A stretch of 64,000 nt of DNA, from positions 59,148,001 to 59,212,000 of the forward strand of contig OX597831.1 in assembly GCA_951406725.2 (NCBI GenBank). The letters run 5' to 3'. This DNA is from Octopus vulgaris (lineage: Eukaryota). Made by a program: the position numbers and the translations under genes. Positions 25,571 through 39,781 of the stretch are shown here, in pieces (the first letter of the stretch is position 1; each line of letters opens with the position of its first letter). The notes beneath the pieces were generated by a model, which was given only the letters and a program-made list of their open reading frames with translations, was not told where the DNA came from and ran no database searches.

Positions 25571-27769
25571 CCCGCAAGTGTAAGGGATTGTTACACTGTG
25601 TACAAGAAGATCTCTGCAAAAGAAATTTAGAATAGGATTTAATGACAGTAAAATCTGTGTTTCGTTAGAAATTTTTGTATACTTTATTAAAACTTCGCTA
25701 TGCTTTATTGCATTTCCATGCTACATGCTAGTAATTCTGGAGTAATTTACTTAGAATGTCTAATTATAAACGCACAGATATGAAATGACTTTGTTTGGAA
25801 AGTATCTCCATTTTCTCTGTGAAACGTGTATAAAGTAATGATTCATAAAATAACGAAGCTGCAAATATTATCATTACAACATCTACGAAAACCTCAATAT
25901 AAGTCAGTTATTCCCAATTAACCACTAAGTGGTTGTGTTACAAATTCTAAAAGTGCACCAATTAATTTAGTATAATTAGATTCATCAATAAGCCATTAGG
26001 CCTACTGCATGTTGGCGAGATCTCAATGAAATCTATATTATACAGTTTATTTTCACATTTAATGTAATATATAAGAATTTATATGATCCAATTACTTAGT
26101 TCTCATACATCACAACAAATATATCTCATAATATTCTGGGGACTTGCAATTTCTTGTAAAATAATGTTTTCTCACTATGGTTCTATAAAGCTTGCATATA
26201 TTCAACAATAATATGGACCTAACAAAAAATCAAACACCTTCTCCACTCTCCTCCATAATCTGGAATTAGACCGACATCCTCTCATTAAACTACAGATGCA
26301 ATTATGAAATCCGTGATCAGCAAACATTTACAGTGGAACACAATATTGGTCTATTTTCAGGCATTACAAAAGTTGTCGCATAGAAGACTGAAATAACAGG
26401 CACTAAATCACTGAGGGTTAATATGGCAAATTATGAAGCTTTCCTAGTATTTAGAGTTTAAAATACTCAGAAATACTTTAAAGAAGATAACGAAATAAAT
26501 TATATGATCATTGAATTGGCATGTCAACTGACATATATTTCTCTTTTTACATTAAAAAAAATTTAGCAGCGGAGTTCGTACAACAGAATGTCAATACGAA
26601 TTACATATTTTTAACTTGACATTTCAATATCATTCTAGCTCAATATCTCAAATACCGTCAGTACCTTAATGTTACATATTTACTTCTATGCACAACATAT
26701 GTACAGGTTGATTTTCTACGATATTTAAAATAAAGTTTTAACTTTTAAATCTCACCTCAGTAGACACAGTGCTGCAGCACCAACGTTTCACTAATCAATA
26801 TATTCAACGTATATGTCTTTAAGAATTACGAAACTTGAAATAAATATTCAAAATGATTTACGGTCACAGATATACTGGAGATAATTATAGAGATGTTGAT
26901 TCTAAATATTGAACATTACATGCCACAATTGATGCATTACATCAAATATTATTACTCGAATGATAAATATGCATGGTAAAAAAAAACCCAAATGATTTAC
27001 GAAGAATTCTGCACAATAGGTTAACTTATAACTTTATATTTATTTCCTACATCAGTTAATATTTGCGTCGAAACAGTTGATTTCTTGAAGATGATTTATT
27101 ATTGCTATGACTGATTTAAACAATTTGCTACAGTTAGATTATATATTGATATACCGAGAATATTAACCATACATATATATTCAAATATATCTAATCAATT
27201 GAAAAATGTGTAAACAGTATTCATATAATGAGAATTCATTTAGTCAAACTCTCCATAAGATTATAAAAGAATAAATGAAGATTAATGCACTGGACATCTT
27301 CCAAATAGATCAAATATGATAAAGAATTAGCTTTTTTTTTAATTTTGAGACAAACACTATATTCTATAATTGTAAAGTTTTCAGTATACGACCTTTATGT
27401 CGTTTCATATTTTATAATTTTCCACAAAAAAAAAGAAAAAGAGAAACAATGATGTTATGCCCTGAATATGTTGAACCAAAATATCTATCTATCTGTATGC
27501 ATACATGCATACATACATACCTGACATTGAAAGTATTGTAATTTCGTATATCCTTAAGAAGATTTTTGTTCATGTGTGTGAATGAATGATTAAACGAATA
27601 GACAAATATAACGTGAGGTAATTAGTCATCGGTATTATTGGGGAGAGGGGAGGTAACTGCTCATCTTTATATATACTCAAAAGGTAAAATAGTGAGATGA
27701 AATATGTACACTTATGGGCATGTGAACATGAATTAAAATACATACAAAGACCAAAGTTAGTTATGTGTT

Positions 27770-28279
27770 CATATTTTGACGTGTTCTGTAATTTTACATG
27801 AACAGACTTTCTTTAAACGTTCTTGAACAGAAATTGTTTCTTTGCTCTTATAGAGGGAGAAAACTATGAGGTTTGGTTGGATGTTACCTGCACAAGTCTC
27901 TATGTGTTCACTCAAGGGAATATGTCTATACTGTGAGAACCTGATCTGTTCATTATATAGAGAGGTTCTCCGTCACAGTGTCATACAGATGAGTCGTATA
28001 TAGTTACGTACACGACCGGAACAATTTCTAACATAAATTAGATTCTCAGAAGCACATCTACAGTTGGCTTTAATTGTGAACCTTTCTCCATGTTTGAATA
28101 GGAATTCCCAGCATTCCGGTAGGTTGGGGGAATATTCCACAGTTTGGGTGTCAACATTCTTTAACCGTTAGTTTCGCGGTTGTTGTGTAAGGCTTCGGAA
28201 TTTTTAGAAGTCTTTTCAGCGAATTGTGTTCCATTTTGCAATTCATGAATTTATGTTTTCAGAATGTTCATATTTTGGT

Positions 28280-28281
<2 letters not shown>
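27770..28281 (-). pseudogene. Penelope-like element GIY-YIG endonuclease fragment
   Basis: SLKRLLK...VKEC*HPNCG...FKHGERFTIKANCRCASENLIYVRNCSG..RNYI...EQIR...HIPLSEHIETC (decayed GIY-YIG: LIY...YI). Confidence 0.8.
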
Positions 28282-28329
<48 letters not shown>

Positions 28330-28378
28330 TATCAAATAAATAAGTAAATGAGTGGAAATGGAACCGGTGAGGCACTAA

Positions 28379-28832
<454 letters not shown>

Positions 28833-28847
28833 TTATATATTTAATAA

Positions 28848-28894
<47 letters not shown>

Positions 28895-29526
28895 ATAATC
28901 TAATGTCTTCCAGACATTTGCTAATAATGTATATTCACTATACCTGTCTGCTAATAAAGTCGGCCCTATTTGACAATACGTTGCAATACTTCACTCCAAA
29001 GTAATATCCATTTACATGTGAAATCAAATGAAATTGTATTTAATTATATTGAATATTTATTCCGAAGAAATATCTGAAAATCCGAGAAATAAATTTCAGT
29101 TAATAACTTGCGTTTCATTTCAATTTCACTCCGCCTATACATACCATACTGACATACCTATATATAAACAAAGACGCAACACATGACGACGTCTAATTTC
29201 CCATATTATGCTCATACAAATTTCGTAGATACAACGAAGTGATATTAGATATTCATATATTCGAAAACTTTTTAACTAAAAACGGTTAATTGCACTAGCG
29301 TATGATGTATTTAAATAAATACTCTATTATATCAGTCATTATTTGTAAGGAAGATACATTGCTTTGGTAAATATCATTTCCATATATCTGCTGCCTTTGT
29401 GAGCAGGGTGTTAACGATCTCCAGAATTTTAGAGTAGCGTGGACATACTCCCAACCATTGCAGGGAATCTAGAAAAAAATCAAGGACTACTATATTTACA
29501 AATACGATATAAATACAACACAAACA

Positions 29527-31025
29527 TTGGGTTGTCAGGTAAATACAGTCGTTTTACTTTTCATTTATTCTAATCCGTACTTTTCATCAACGTCTTTAAT
29601 ATTTCAGTCAATAATATATTCTCCTTCATGACAACATTCTACATGCACTTCTTGCTAGTAGGAACCATTGGATTATGACTCGGAAACTTCCATCGAGCCG
29701 CGTTTTTTAGTGCCATGTAATTTTTGAAAGAAACTTTTCACCGGCTCTCAGAGAGTGCCCGGAGAAGTTTATTATCTGAAGGTATTATATCAAGATGTGA
29801 GGGCGCGTGGCTTAGTGGTTAGGGCATTCGGCTCATGATCGTAAGGTTGTGAGTTCGATTCTCGTCGACGCGTTGTGTCCTTGAGCAAGACACTGTATTT
29901 CACGTTGCTCCAGTCCACTCAGCTGGCACAAATGAGTTGTACTTGTATTTCAAAGGGTCAGCCTTGTCACTCTCTGTGTCACGCTGATTATCCCCGAGAA
30001 CTACGTTAAGGGTACACGTGTCTGTGGAATGCTCAGCCATTTGCACGTTAATTTCACGAGCAAGCTGTTCCGTTGATCGTATCAGCTGGGACCCTCGTCG
30101 TCGTAACCGGCGGAGTCTTTTTTTTTTATTATATCAAGAGAATATGAGTGATGCAGTAGAGATTCGCAGCCAAATTCTTGGATAGCATTTTCACTCGAGG
30201 TAAAGACTCATAAACGTTGGAATGTTGAAGATATACGCTGTGCAGCCAGTCGTGGCGTTTGAACAGAATTGACTCCTTCAGACGTTGCATTTTCAGAGCG
30301 TAGGGGTCTGCATTGACCGCTTGTTGTTTATCAGAATTACCTCTACCCAAAAATGCAGATAATTCACTTGCATGTATGAGTCACTGGTTTGTCTCAAGTT
30401 GTGGCTTGAAGGGAATGAGGTATCCATCCTTATGCCTCATATTACTATAAAGGCATCATTATATTTTCACTATCGGTGACGATGTGGTAAAAGATCCGTT
30501 TGCTTTCTAGAATTGCCTGACGTTGAGCAAGCAAGCTGGTGTTGATAGAGAACCAGTGAAGTTTGGCTCTTTTGTTCAGAGCATTTGGCATGTACGCACA
30601 TAGCTTTTGTACGTTACACATCGTGTATCGTGTGATGGTATCATGACAACGTACCATCTGCTGATACGAATTCCATGTCCATCAGTTTAGATTTCCGTGG
30701 TGAAGACCGTTCAGTCGATTATATTCAAATAAATACGTCGGCTGAGACAATTCAAATTTCCATTTCTTGAACTGTCATGTAAAGGTTGTCTGTGAGGCCT
30801 TCTAATTATAGGGACTTCGTATACAGCACAAATGCTTCAAGCAGATTTGGCAGCTTGGGACACTTTATGGAAGGCGAAGATGGGCACGTATTTAAAGTGA
30901 TAATAGTTAGGTCTCTACTTGGCGCTCAGTCATCACGTCCAGAAATATATCAAATTTATTCACGTATCAAAACAAGTTACTATGAAAATATCGTAAGAAA
31001 TCAGTTCACTTATCTAATGACCTTA
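29527..31025 (-). mobile_element. Decayed mariner-type transposon interrupted by SINE C
   Basis: TIR-like TTGGGTTGTCAGGTAAAT at left; minus-strand VQKLCAYMPNAL (decayed WVPHEL)...IFYHIVTDSE (decayed IVTGDE); right TIR weak. Confidence 0.6.
29801..30127 (+). mobile_element. SINE family C, full copy with 13-bp TSD
   Basis: GGCGCGTGGCTTAGTGGTTAGG...GAGTTCGATTC; CORE-like GTGTCCTTGAGCAAGACAC; T-run end; TSD tattatatcaaga at 29783-29795 and 30127-30139. Confidence 0.92.
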
Positions 31026-31228
31026 TGTATGTATGTTTGTGTGTATGTATGTATCTATGCATGTGTGCATGTATGTATGCATGTATATATGTGTGTGGTT
31101 TCCCTCTAATATGTATATAATACAATTTTACCGAACCTTCAGTTTTTTATATGCTAGACCACTGGCGTGAAATCGATGTTAATGAAATAAATATCTAATT
31201 TCTCACCCTCATTTTAAATTTATGCATG

Positions 31229-31292
<64 letters not shown>

Positions 31293-31311
31293 TATATATA
31301 TATATATATAT

Positions 31312-31653
31312 TACTATTAGAGATAAAACATACAGTGAAAAACTTAAGCCAATACATAAGATTAATTAATTTATATTATTTAAATATATATCAAAATTAT
31401 TAAAAAAGATAATTAATATATACTACGATCGTTTCATGGCTGTTCCATTCTTAAAATTTTCGAGTTACAGTCATTCTTCGGGTGGTTTAAATATTTAACT
31501 TGGCGAGATTTAATCAACGAACTTAAGTTTTTCATTGTATGATTTGCCTAATAGTGGTTTTATCTCTAATTTAATATTATATAATATTTTACTATAAAAT
31601 TGGATTCAATCCTAAATCTGATTTTTCCCTGTAAGTTTGGATTTATTCCCTAA

Positions 31654-31660
<7 letters not shown>
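31312..31660. mobile_element. PLE-type terminal-repeat remnant within (TA)n
   Basis: 14-bp inverted repeat ATTAGAGATAAAAC (~31316) / GTTTTATCTCTAAT (~31557); contains a hammerhead motif. Confidence 0.6.
31421..31485 (-). ncRNA. Minimal hammerhead ribozyme motif with palindromic stem III (one core mismatch)
   Basis: Minus strand: ccac-CCGAAGA-atgactgt[23 nt]acagccat-GAAAC-gatc-GTA-gta; CUGANGA reads CCGAAGA; stem I short. Confidence 0.65.
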
Positions 31661-31736
<76 letters not shown>

Positions 31737-31773
31737 ATGTGTGTGGATGTGAGTTTATATATCTATATATATA

Positions 31774-32201
31774 ATGGGTTGGCAAAGTAGTAATTTCTTT
31801 TTTCCAGAAACAGAGCATAGATTTACGATGTTATTGAATACGTTTTGTCAATGTTATGATTTTTTCCGTTTGCCATTTGATAGCCGTTACGTGTAGCTTA
31901 TTTTAGAAGCAAATTGCACGCCACTTTGTTTACAGTGTCAATTTTAAGAGGACAAAAACGAACAATTTCGCCATATTTTTGCTTTTATATTTCCGTAAAT
32001 ACAAGAAAGCTGCTGAGGGTCACAAAGAGCTATGTGATGTTTATGGTGTTGATTGCTTAACAGAACGCACATGACAGGGCAAAAGGTCATCGAACAAAAT
32101 GGAAAATATACAACTGATTAAAGTTTATTCACTATATATATATTAAAAAAATGACTTTTATTTCACCCTAAAAACCCGAAATAAATTTCTTGCCAACCCA
32201 A
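31774..32201 (+). mobile_element. Mariner internal-deletion derivative (MITE-like)
   Basis: TIRs (A/T)TGGGTTGGCAA at both ends flanked by TA; N-terminal EQFRHI..LLYFRK..AAE...ELCDVYG..LTERT fused to C-terminal QKVIEQNGKY. Confidence 0.85.
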
Positions 32202-32270
32202 TACGTACATACTTGTGTATGTATGTATATGAATATATAGATAGGGGGTGTGTTTGTATGGATGCATGTG

Positions 32271-32338
<68 letters not shown>

Positions 32339-32360
32339 TGTGTGTGTGTTGTATTGTGTA

Positions 32361-32522
32361 GGCGCAGGATGGCTGTCTGGTAAGAAGCTTGCTTCCTAAC
32401 CACATGACACCGGTTTCAGTCCCACTGCATGTCAGCTTAGGCAAGTATCTTCTACTATAGACTCGGTGCTACCAAAACTTTCTGAGGGGACATGGTAGAC
32501 GGAAACTCAAAGAAGCCCCTCG
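32361..32522 (+). mobile_element. SINE family B 5' half
   Basis: GGCGCAGGATGGCTGTCTGGTAAGAAGCTTGC...GGTAGACGGAAACT.AAAGAAGCCC then microsatellite. Confidence 0.8.
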
Positions 32523-32528
32523 CACATG

Positions 32529-32568
<40 letters not shown>

Positions 32569-32606
32569 TATATAAACATGTATATATATATATATTTATA
32601 TATATT

Positions 32607-32666
<60 letters not shown>

Positions 32667-34689
32667 AACATGTATATACAAACATATGTATATATATATA
32701 AATCTATATTTATGTTAATTTGGAATGTTAAACAACACCTGAATGTCACAGAGTAGGAAGACAGCTTTCTCGGAAGCACATTCAAGTGTTCTTCAACACT
32801 CGGCGTAGTGTAGTAAGCTTCCCTAGGAAGCTATTCGTCCTTAACTTCGATGTAATATATAGAGCTATAATACACTGGCATTTGCCTTGCGAGCTCCTTT
32901 CATATAGATGTACGGTGCTTAAACAGATACATATTTATACAAGACACGAATCATGTAGCTGGTTGGTAGGAATTGCCACCGCATGTTTTTTCGGCGTATC
33001 TGCATTTCATCAGTAGCAGGAATCTGTAAAATTTTAAAGTTGTCCTGCATTATACTTTTTCTTACTTCTTTCAAAATATATTCTAGCATAAAAATGTATC
33101 GTTTATAAGAACGTAAATGATTAACTTTTATCACATTTAACAATTAGAAGAATTGAGAAATGCAGTTTTAGTTTGGTAAACTTTTTATTCACTCACAAAT
33201 TGTTAATGTTTTCTTTTTAAACATATTCTCTTTCTTTTCAGCAACCTATTATCTGTTCGTTTAATTATATAACAAGAATAAACAGTTCATTTTAATTGAT
33301 ACATATAAAAACAAATGAATCTTAGTGACAACTATAACAAAATCACTTTCTAATAAAAGAAGAAATATTTTAATTTCCTTTGCTTCCTATGTTTTCAATT
33401 TAACTCATAAAATGGACGGAATTTGCATGAAGAACATAATCCAAGAGTTTTATGCTTGTGCTAATGATGCTTCGCATTTTTTAATTCTCAAATATATCTA
33501 TATAACTATAGGTGCAGGTACATATACTAACATTATGATTCCGGAGAATCCAAATAGATCACTCCTGAAAATTAAATGAGCGTAAATGAAACACCAACCA
33601 TTAATTATATAATTCAGAAGCGTAATTAAATGTGTAATTCACTAAAGTGACAAAGGAAAAAACATAAAGAAAATACAAAACAAATGAACGCAATTCATTC
33701 TTATTTTACATAAACAAATCGAAAATAAAATGTATTAATTCAAAATTAAATTTAGCATTCCACCAAACAATGATAAAGATGACTAGAACAAAAACAAAAA
33801 TCAATACAACCAAATTCTAGCAATGTATAAGTTTTGATATCATGTCGTCTCAAGGATATACTTTATATAAAAAGTTATACAGAAATACAAATATATTACT
33901 ATTTTACATTTTTCAAGTCCAACAATAGTGTATAGAACGTATGTAATAATCCATTTCTGGGGCTTATACCATAATTCAGATAATTATATTCTCAAGTTTC
34001 AAATATACAGAGAATATCAAATATAATATTTTTTTCATTTCTATTAAAGATTTCAACAGACGTGGCAACGTTACCTTCACAATGGTGAAGTCTTCCCTGT
34101 AGGAGATAGGAAAAGCTGTAAATAACTTGGAAGGGAATAAATAACACTAGTATTACAGAAATAATGAAATAATCGCATTATAATACTTATGCATGAGTTA
34201 ATATACTTTTTACACTGCAGCTGCTCCAGATGATATAATACTTCGGTGCCATGTTTTCTTTACATTGCATCAATTTACATACAGCAAGTAACAAACAGGG
34301 CAATATCTCATGCTAGTCATTCCCTGTTATTTCACATTTATACTATATTCCGAAAAGAATATTCAATACATATAGACGTTCCGCAGATGCTAATATTGCA
34401 TTCGTTTCACCTATTCAGTTTCTGGAACAGGCTGCTTACCTTTGTTGAACCTAACTATGTCATAAGGTTTTATGGGAGTATAATTGCCGATTAAAATATA
34501 AATCTGAATGAAATGCATATATAGTCGAAGTTATCGTATTCACGCAATTTAATATACCGGCGAACACTTAGTAATTTTCATGAATTTTTGTCCAGCTTTG
34601 AAACAAAAAATCGCTAAATGCAAGGGGTTGTACACTATGATAAATGTAATCACCCTGTTTCTTTTAATTCAATATTTTATTTATTTCGA

Positions 34690-35115
34690 AGGCAGCGAGA
34701 TGACCGAATCGTTATCCTGCCGAATAGAACGCTTAGCCGTATTTCGTCCGTTTTCACGTGATGATTTCAAATTCCACCGATGTCTACAATCCATTTAATC
34801 CTTTCGGGATTGCCTAAATCGTAGAACTCAAGTACTGGAGTTGACGTGTTCGAATTCCTTTAAAACCTGATGTCGTGGAGCCAAAACTTGAAGACAATAT
34901 TTTGTTCTTTTGCAAATTAGCAAACTGGCAGAATTTTTGGCACCCCTGGCAAAATGACTTGAGTCTTTTCACCCGTCTTCACATTCTCAATTCTACTGGT
35001 GTTAGTTAGGCATTTCATCCTTCCGAGTCTTTAAAATAAATACCAACTGAACACTGAAGTCGATTTGATCGACTTAGCGCCCTCGAAATTGCTTGACTGT
35101 CCCAAAATTTGAACT
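34690..35115 (+). mobile_element. Two adjacent degenerate SINE family A copies
   Basis: GGCAGCGAGATGACCGAATCGTTA...TTCAAATTCC and GCAAACTGGCAGAAT...TTTCATCCTTCCGAGTC. Confidence 0.65.
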
Positions 35116-38100
35116 CAGTATTTTATTTATTTCTATTTTCCTACAAGTTTCATGCTGCAAAGTTTCATATTTAATAAAACATAAATAAATCATATAAATA
35201 TTTTCTGAGACTTAGAACACAACAATTGTCTATTCTATTAAAAGCAGTATTATACTGGGTAAAGGTTGAACAGAGTAGATAAGGATTTTAAATATAAGAA
35301 AGAAACGAAAATTCTAGTATTTTAAACGCAACATATTAAACGTATAAATTGAAATGAATTTATTGATCAAAATTTCTAACACGTGACGAAGACAATATAA
35401 ATAAAAAGAAATATAAGGAAGGAACTATACAGACATGGCTACTTTAATTTTTTCCTAAGTGCTTCTATAAAGTGAATTTTCCTTTTCTTTCGTGGCAAAA
35501 AATCGATTTACATTTCGCAATTAATATTTTCAGGGAAACTATAATTCATTTTTCTCACTTTTGAAATCTTAATCGCTTCCGGCAAAGTAGATATTAGTCA
35601 GAACAGCGATGCGTTTTTATTTCCAAAGTCAATATTAAAAGTCTTTTGTATTTGGCTAAATGGCGAATCAGATACAAAATTAGAATTGTAAGAGAAATCT
35701 TTCAACGCAGTTAAATGGCATTTTCATGGCTCAATCCATGATTGAATGCTTGCGTGGTATGTGAATGGTTTAATTCAATTGTTATGTCTTACAGAGCAAA
35801 GCGATAACAATTAATATAAGATAAATGTGGTTTTAATAAAAAGAAATAGAAAATTTTAAATTTTCGTTTTATTTCAGACAGAAATAAACAAAGAGAATAA
35901 ACTAATGGATGCCATGATATATTTCATCTCATATCAATGAGCAATTGATAAAAGTTTTTAAATGAAAAAAATACTGCATGATTTCAATAGCTATTAATAC
36001 TATTTTTTGCATTCAGGAAGAAAACCTATTGATATTAGGTAACGACAAAGTATCCAGTGTTCAAGTATGATTTTATATAATAATGTGTGTATATATGTGT
36101 GTGTGTGTATATATGTGTGTGTGTGTGTATATATATATGTGCGTGCGTCTGTGTGTGCATACTTATACATACGTACATGCATGCATGCATACATATATAT
36201 ATATATATATATATAGTGGTGCACATATAAACACACACATATACCCATATGTGTATAGTGAAACACAATTGTACACAAATCGTTGTCCATTTTAAAGATT
36301 AGAATATTTTCCAACAAAAATCATGCATCTAACGTTCGAAACTAAGAAAACTTGGCAACGGAAAAAATTAAGAGAACGTGGAATGGTAAAGCACTAACCA
36401 ACATTATAGTGCATCGACGCAATTGGTTTCGAGTAATATCTTTATCATCATAAATTGTAGTATGATATAGAACCATCACAGTCTTTGAACTCTTTATGAG
36501 TGATATTACAGCATTGATTAGATGTGAAACATTGATAATCCAAGTAAATAACTGCCTCACAATCCATTAGTCAAATCTGTGTCCGCATTATTAAATGCTT
36601 TAGATTATTATGGTGCATAAATTATTTAAATTATATATTTACATGATATGTGCCCACCAGTTTGTTTAGTAAATCGAGACATAGCACAGTGTATATACCG
36701 TTACTTACATCAGTACATAATTTGACAGGAAAAGCTATAATGAGTCTGATCACATACAGAAGAAATCGTTATACAATAACCACTAGTATGAAAAAATGTG
36801 ACATTGTTTTGTTTAAATGATCCACATTACAAATTCTAACCTAAGTGTAGAAATATGTTTTCCTGCAATCCTATGGAAGGGACTAATAATGAGCAATGTG
36901 TCTTTCTTCACGGTTTGGCGGAGATTGAACTGACATATGGAGAAGGATTGAGAAGGACAAGTTATATGTACTACCATAGACATTATCTTTCATGGAATTA
37001 CAATTACATTGAATCTAGATCAGGAATGAAAAATACATGAATATGTTAAAAACCGAACTTATTATTCTCTCTAGTTCTTTTCCTTTTTAGTTTAACACAG
37101 AATATATAAATAAACATTAGCGGTGAACATTCACAAGTAACTTCTAATTCATTAAACTTTAGTCTTTCCGAATTTAAATATAAATACTAATGAAATACCT
37201 TTTTTATGTTTCAAACTTAATGTATACACATAGATAAAAACAAACGAGTTAGTTCTCCTTTCTTTCGCAGTAAGAACGTGGTGTGTTTAAAAATACAATA
37301 TAAATTGGGGTGAGATGGAAACTGCGTATACTATATGCTTATACAGCCGGGCGGCTATTTTCAATGTCAGCAAATGCCTTTTATTCCTTGTTTCCTGTAC
37401 CGCACACCTTAAACGTAGTTACCACATGCGAATGTTGTGTATATATATCGTTGATAAAACTTCGAGCGTGAAATACATCGGTCGTTCTCTATAGTTACTT
37501 GCGACGAGATTTGTTGTTCTCCGGTATATATTATTTGTAAACAAAGCACGTTCATGATAAATATTATCACGGAAAAAAATATCTCATTAATTTCCCTGTG
37601 AGCAATAATACATAATCAAAAATACCTCATTAACTTTCCTACTTTTGCAGTTAATTACTTTTCGCAGTTTTAAGATTTTCGGACACACGTGTTGTAATGT
37701 ATTCTGTATATAGCTACTTGTTGTCAGTAGGGCTCTTTCCCGTATTATTTCGGACTTAAAATGTATTCTATAGATAGGTAATTGTTCTTAGTAGAGTTAT
37801 TTCCAGTATAATTTTCGATTTAAAATGTACATATTTGAAATATCGTTTTATAGTTGATAGATATCTTCTTTTATTTCGAAAATGGTATATTTTGAAATTC
37901 TCATTTGCACAAATGATTACATGTTTTCTAAATGAAGTATTTCTAAAAGCATTTCTAAAAGATGAATTCTCATTTGTTGTTAGCCCTATCTATTCTCGAC
38001 TATTTATGTGATACAATCGTTATTGCGGCGGGGGCACGTAATATTGTAAGAGATTTTTGGTGCAATTCGGATTTGTATTAATATTCTATTCATTCCAGTT

Positions 38101-39660
38101 TTAAAATTTATTGGTTTCGCTCAGATCGATTATTTCTCACGTCCTACAATGAAGGCTTAACAAAACATCCAAGACTGAAGTTCCCTATTATTTCTTTCTC
38201 TGTTGATTTCAATTGGTAATTGAAATATGTTTCAAAATTTAAGGAAATCGGTGAAGTATTTACTACATATGTACCGAAAACTGAATTCCGGGAATCTTCC
38301 ACTGTCTTGTTTTCCTATGTCAAGCATACATTTTTTTCCTTCTTCAAGGCATCCCAAACTCAGCATGCAAATATGCTCTAGGTAGAAAGGGTGTCAATCA
38401 CCCGTTAGGTTAGCTTAAGCTGTTCAAAATTGTTTGATATTGATTTGCTCTACGTCAAAGATTCTGACATGAACTGTGTCCATTAATGTTGTTTACGTCT
38501 TATCCGATTCAACATATAGCGGTCCATACGTAGACTTCGGAGTGGAGTATGTAAGTTTAGACATCATATACTCGCCTCCGTTCTCTGTGTAGTTCGGTGA
38601 ACTTGCTTTTCTTACTGTTTCTGATAATGCTGTTGCTTTTAGAGTCGTTGTTTAGATCCAAATTAACTCCACGGGATCGCAATAATCCGAAAACTACGAT
38701 TCTTTTGGGTATCATTCCTTACAGATTACGGCATTGTCCAGTAACTCCTCAGACAAAACTTCTAATAGACAGTTACTACAATTTTACTATTCCTTTTATT
38801 CAGTTTCGCTTATATTTTTGTTATTTTGCAACGAGGAATATTTGAAACAATCCAAGTTTCTCGCAATATCCAGAATTCTGGCAATGGTTATCCTGTTATG
38901 GGTGTATTCCACGCTAATTTTTTTTATATATGCATTTGAAGTAAAGAAACATAAAGTAATACATTTGTGCATAATAGTTACGTTTTGATCATTTTTTTCC
39001 TTTTCATATTTTATTTCATTTCACATTCTCCTTAATCCTCTTGACTTGCTTTACTGTTAAATGTTCATATTTTCCCAAATATCTTGTATCTTGCGAAATT
39101 TCGTGACTGGAAATTTTACTCTATTGAGTAAATTATATTATTCAATAATGTATTATTTTATAAAATAACATTTAAATATCATGTAATTTGCTAAACTTTA
39201 AACGAATATAAAAATTTCAGGTTCGTAGGCAGCATATCTAATATTATCTAGGATACGATAACATATTTCATATTAAATGAGCTAGATGTTCAGCTGGCAT
39301 TATGAAATTAGGAAACTAAATAATATTTTTTGTTAGTAATGTACATCACTAGATACTTTCATTTTAATATATTTATTATAAATGGAGGTATAATAATGTA
39401 GAGGAGACATAGTATTTACTATTGCATTATGTTTAAATATCTTTTGTACATCCAAATGTAGATCCAATTACTTAAGTATATTATGGCTCCTGCGTCGTAT
39501 TTTTAACATTTTACAAATGGTGTATATGTATGTGCGTACATATATGTATATATATACATATATATACGTATGTATGTGTATATTTGTACATATATATATA
39601 TATATGTATGTGTATATATGTATATATATATCTCTCTCTATATATATATATATATGTATG

Positions 39661-39693
<33 letters not shown>

Positions 39694-39705
39694 ATCTCTC
39701 TCTCT

Positions 39706-39781
<76 letters not shown>

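Noticed and set aside
32975-33020. Minus-strand CTGATGA...GAAA (also plus-strand CTGATGA at ~14885 and ~20520)
   Set aside because: No supporting helices
38430-38930. Possible additional very old PLE remnant on the minus strand
   Set aside because: Only a few residues resemble the 50040-50170 segment; no diagnostic motif
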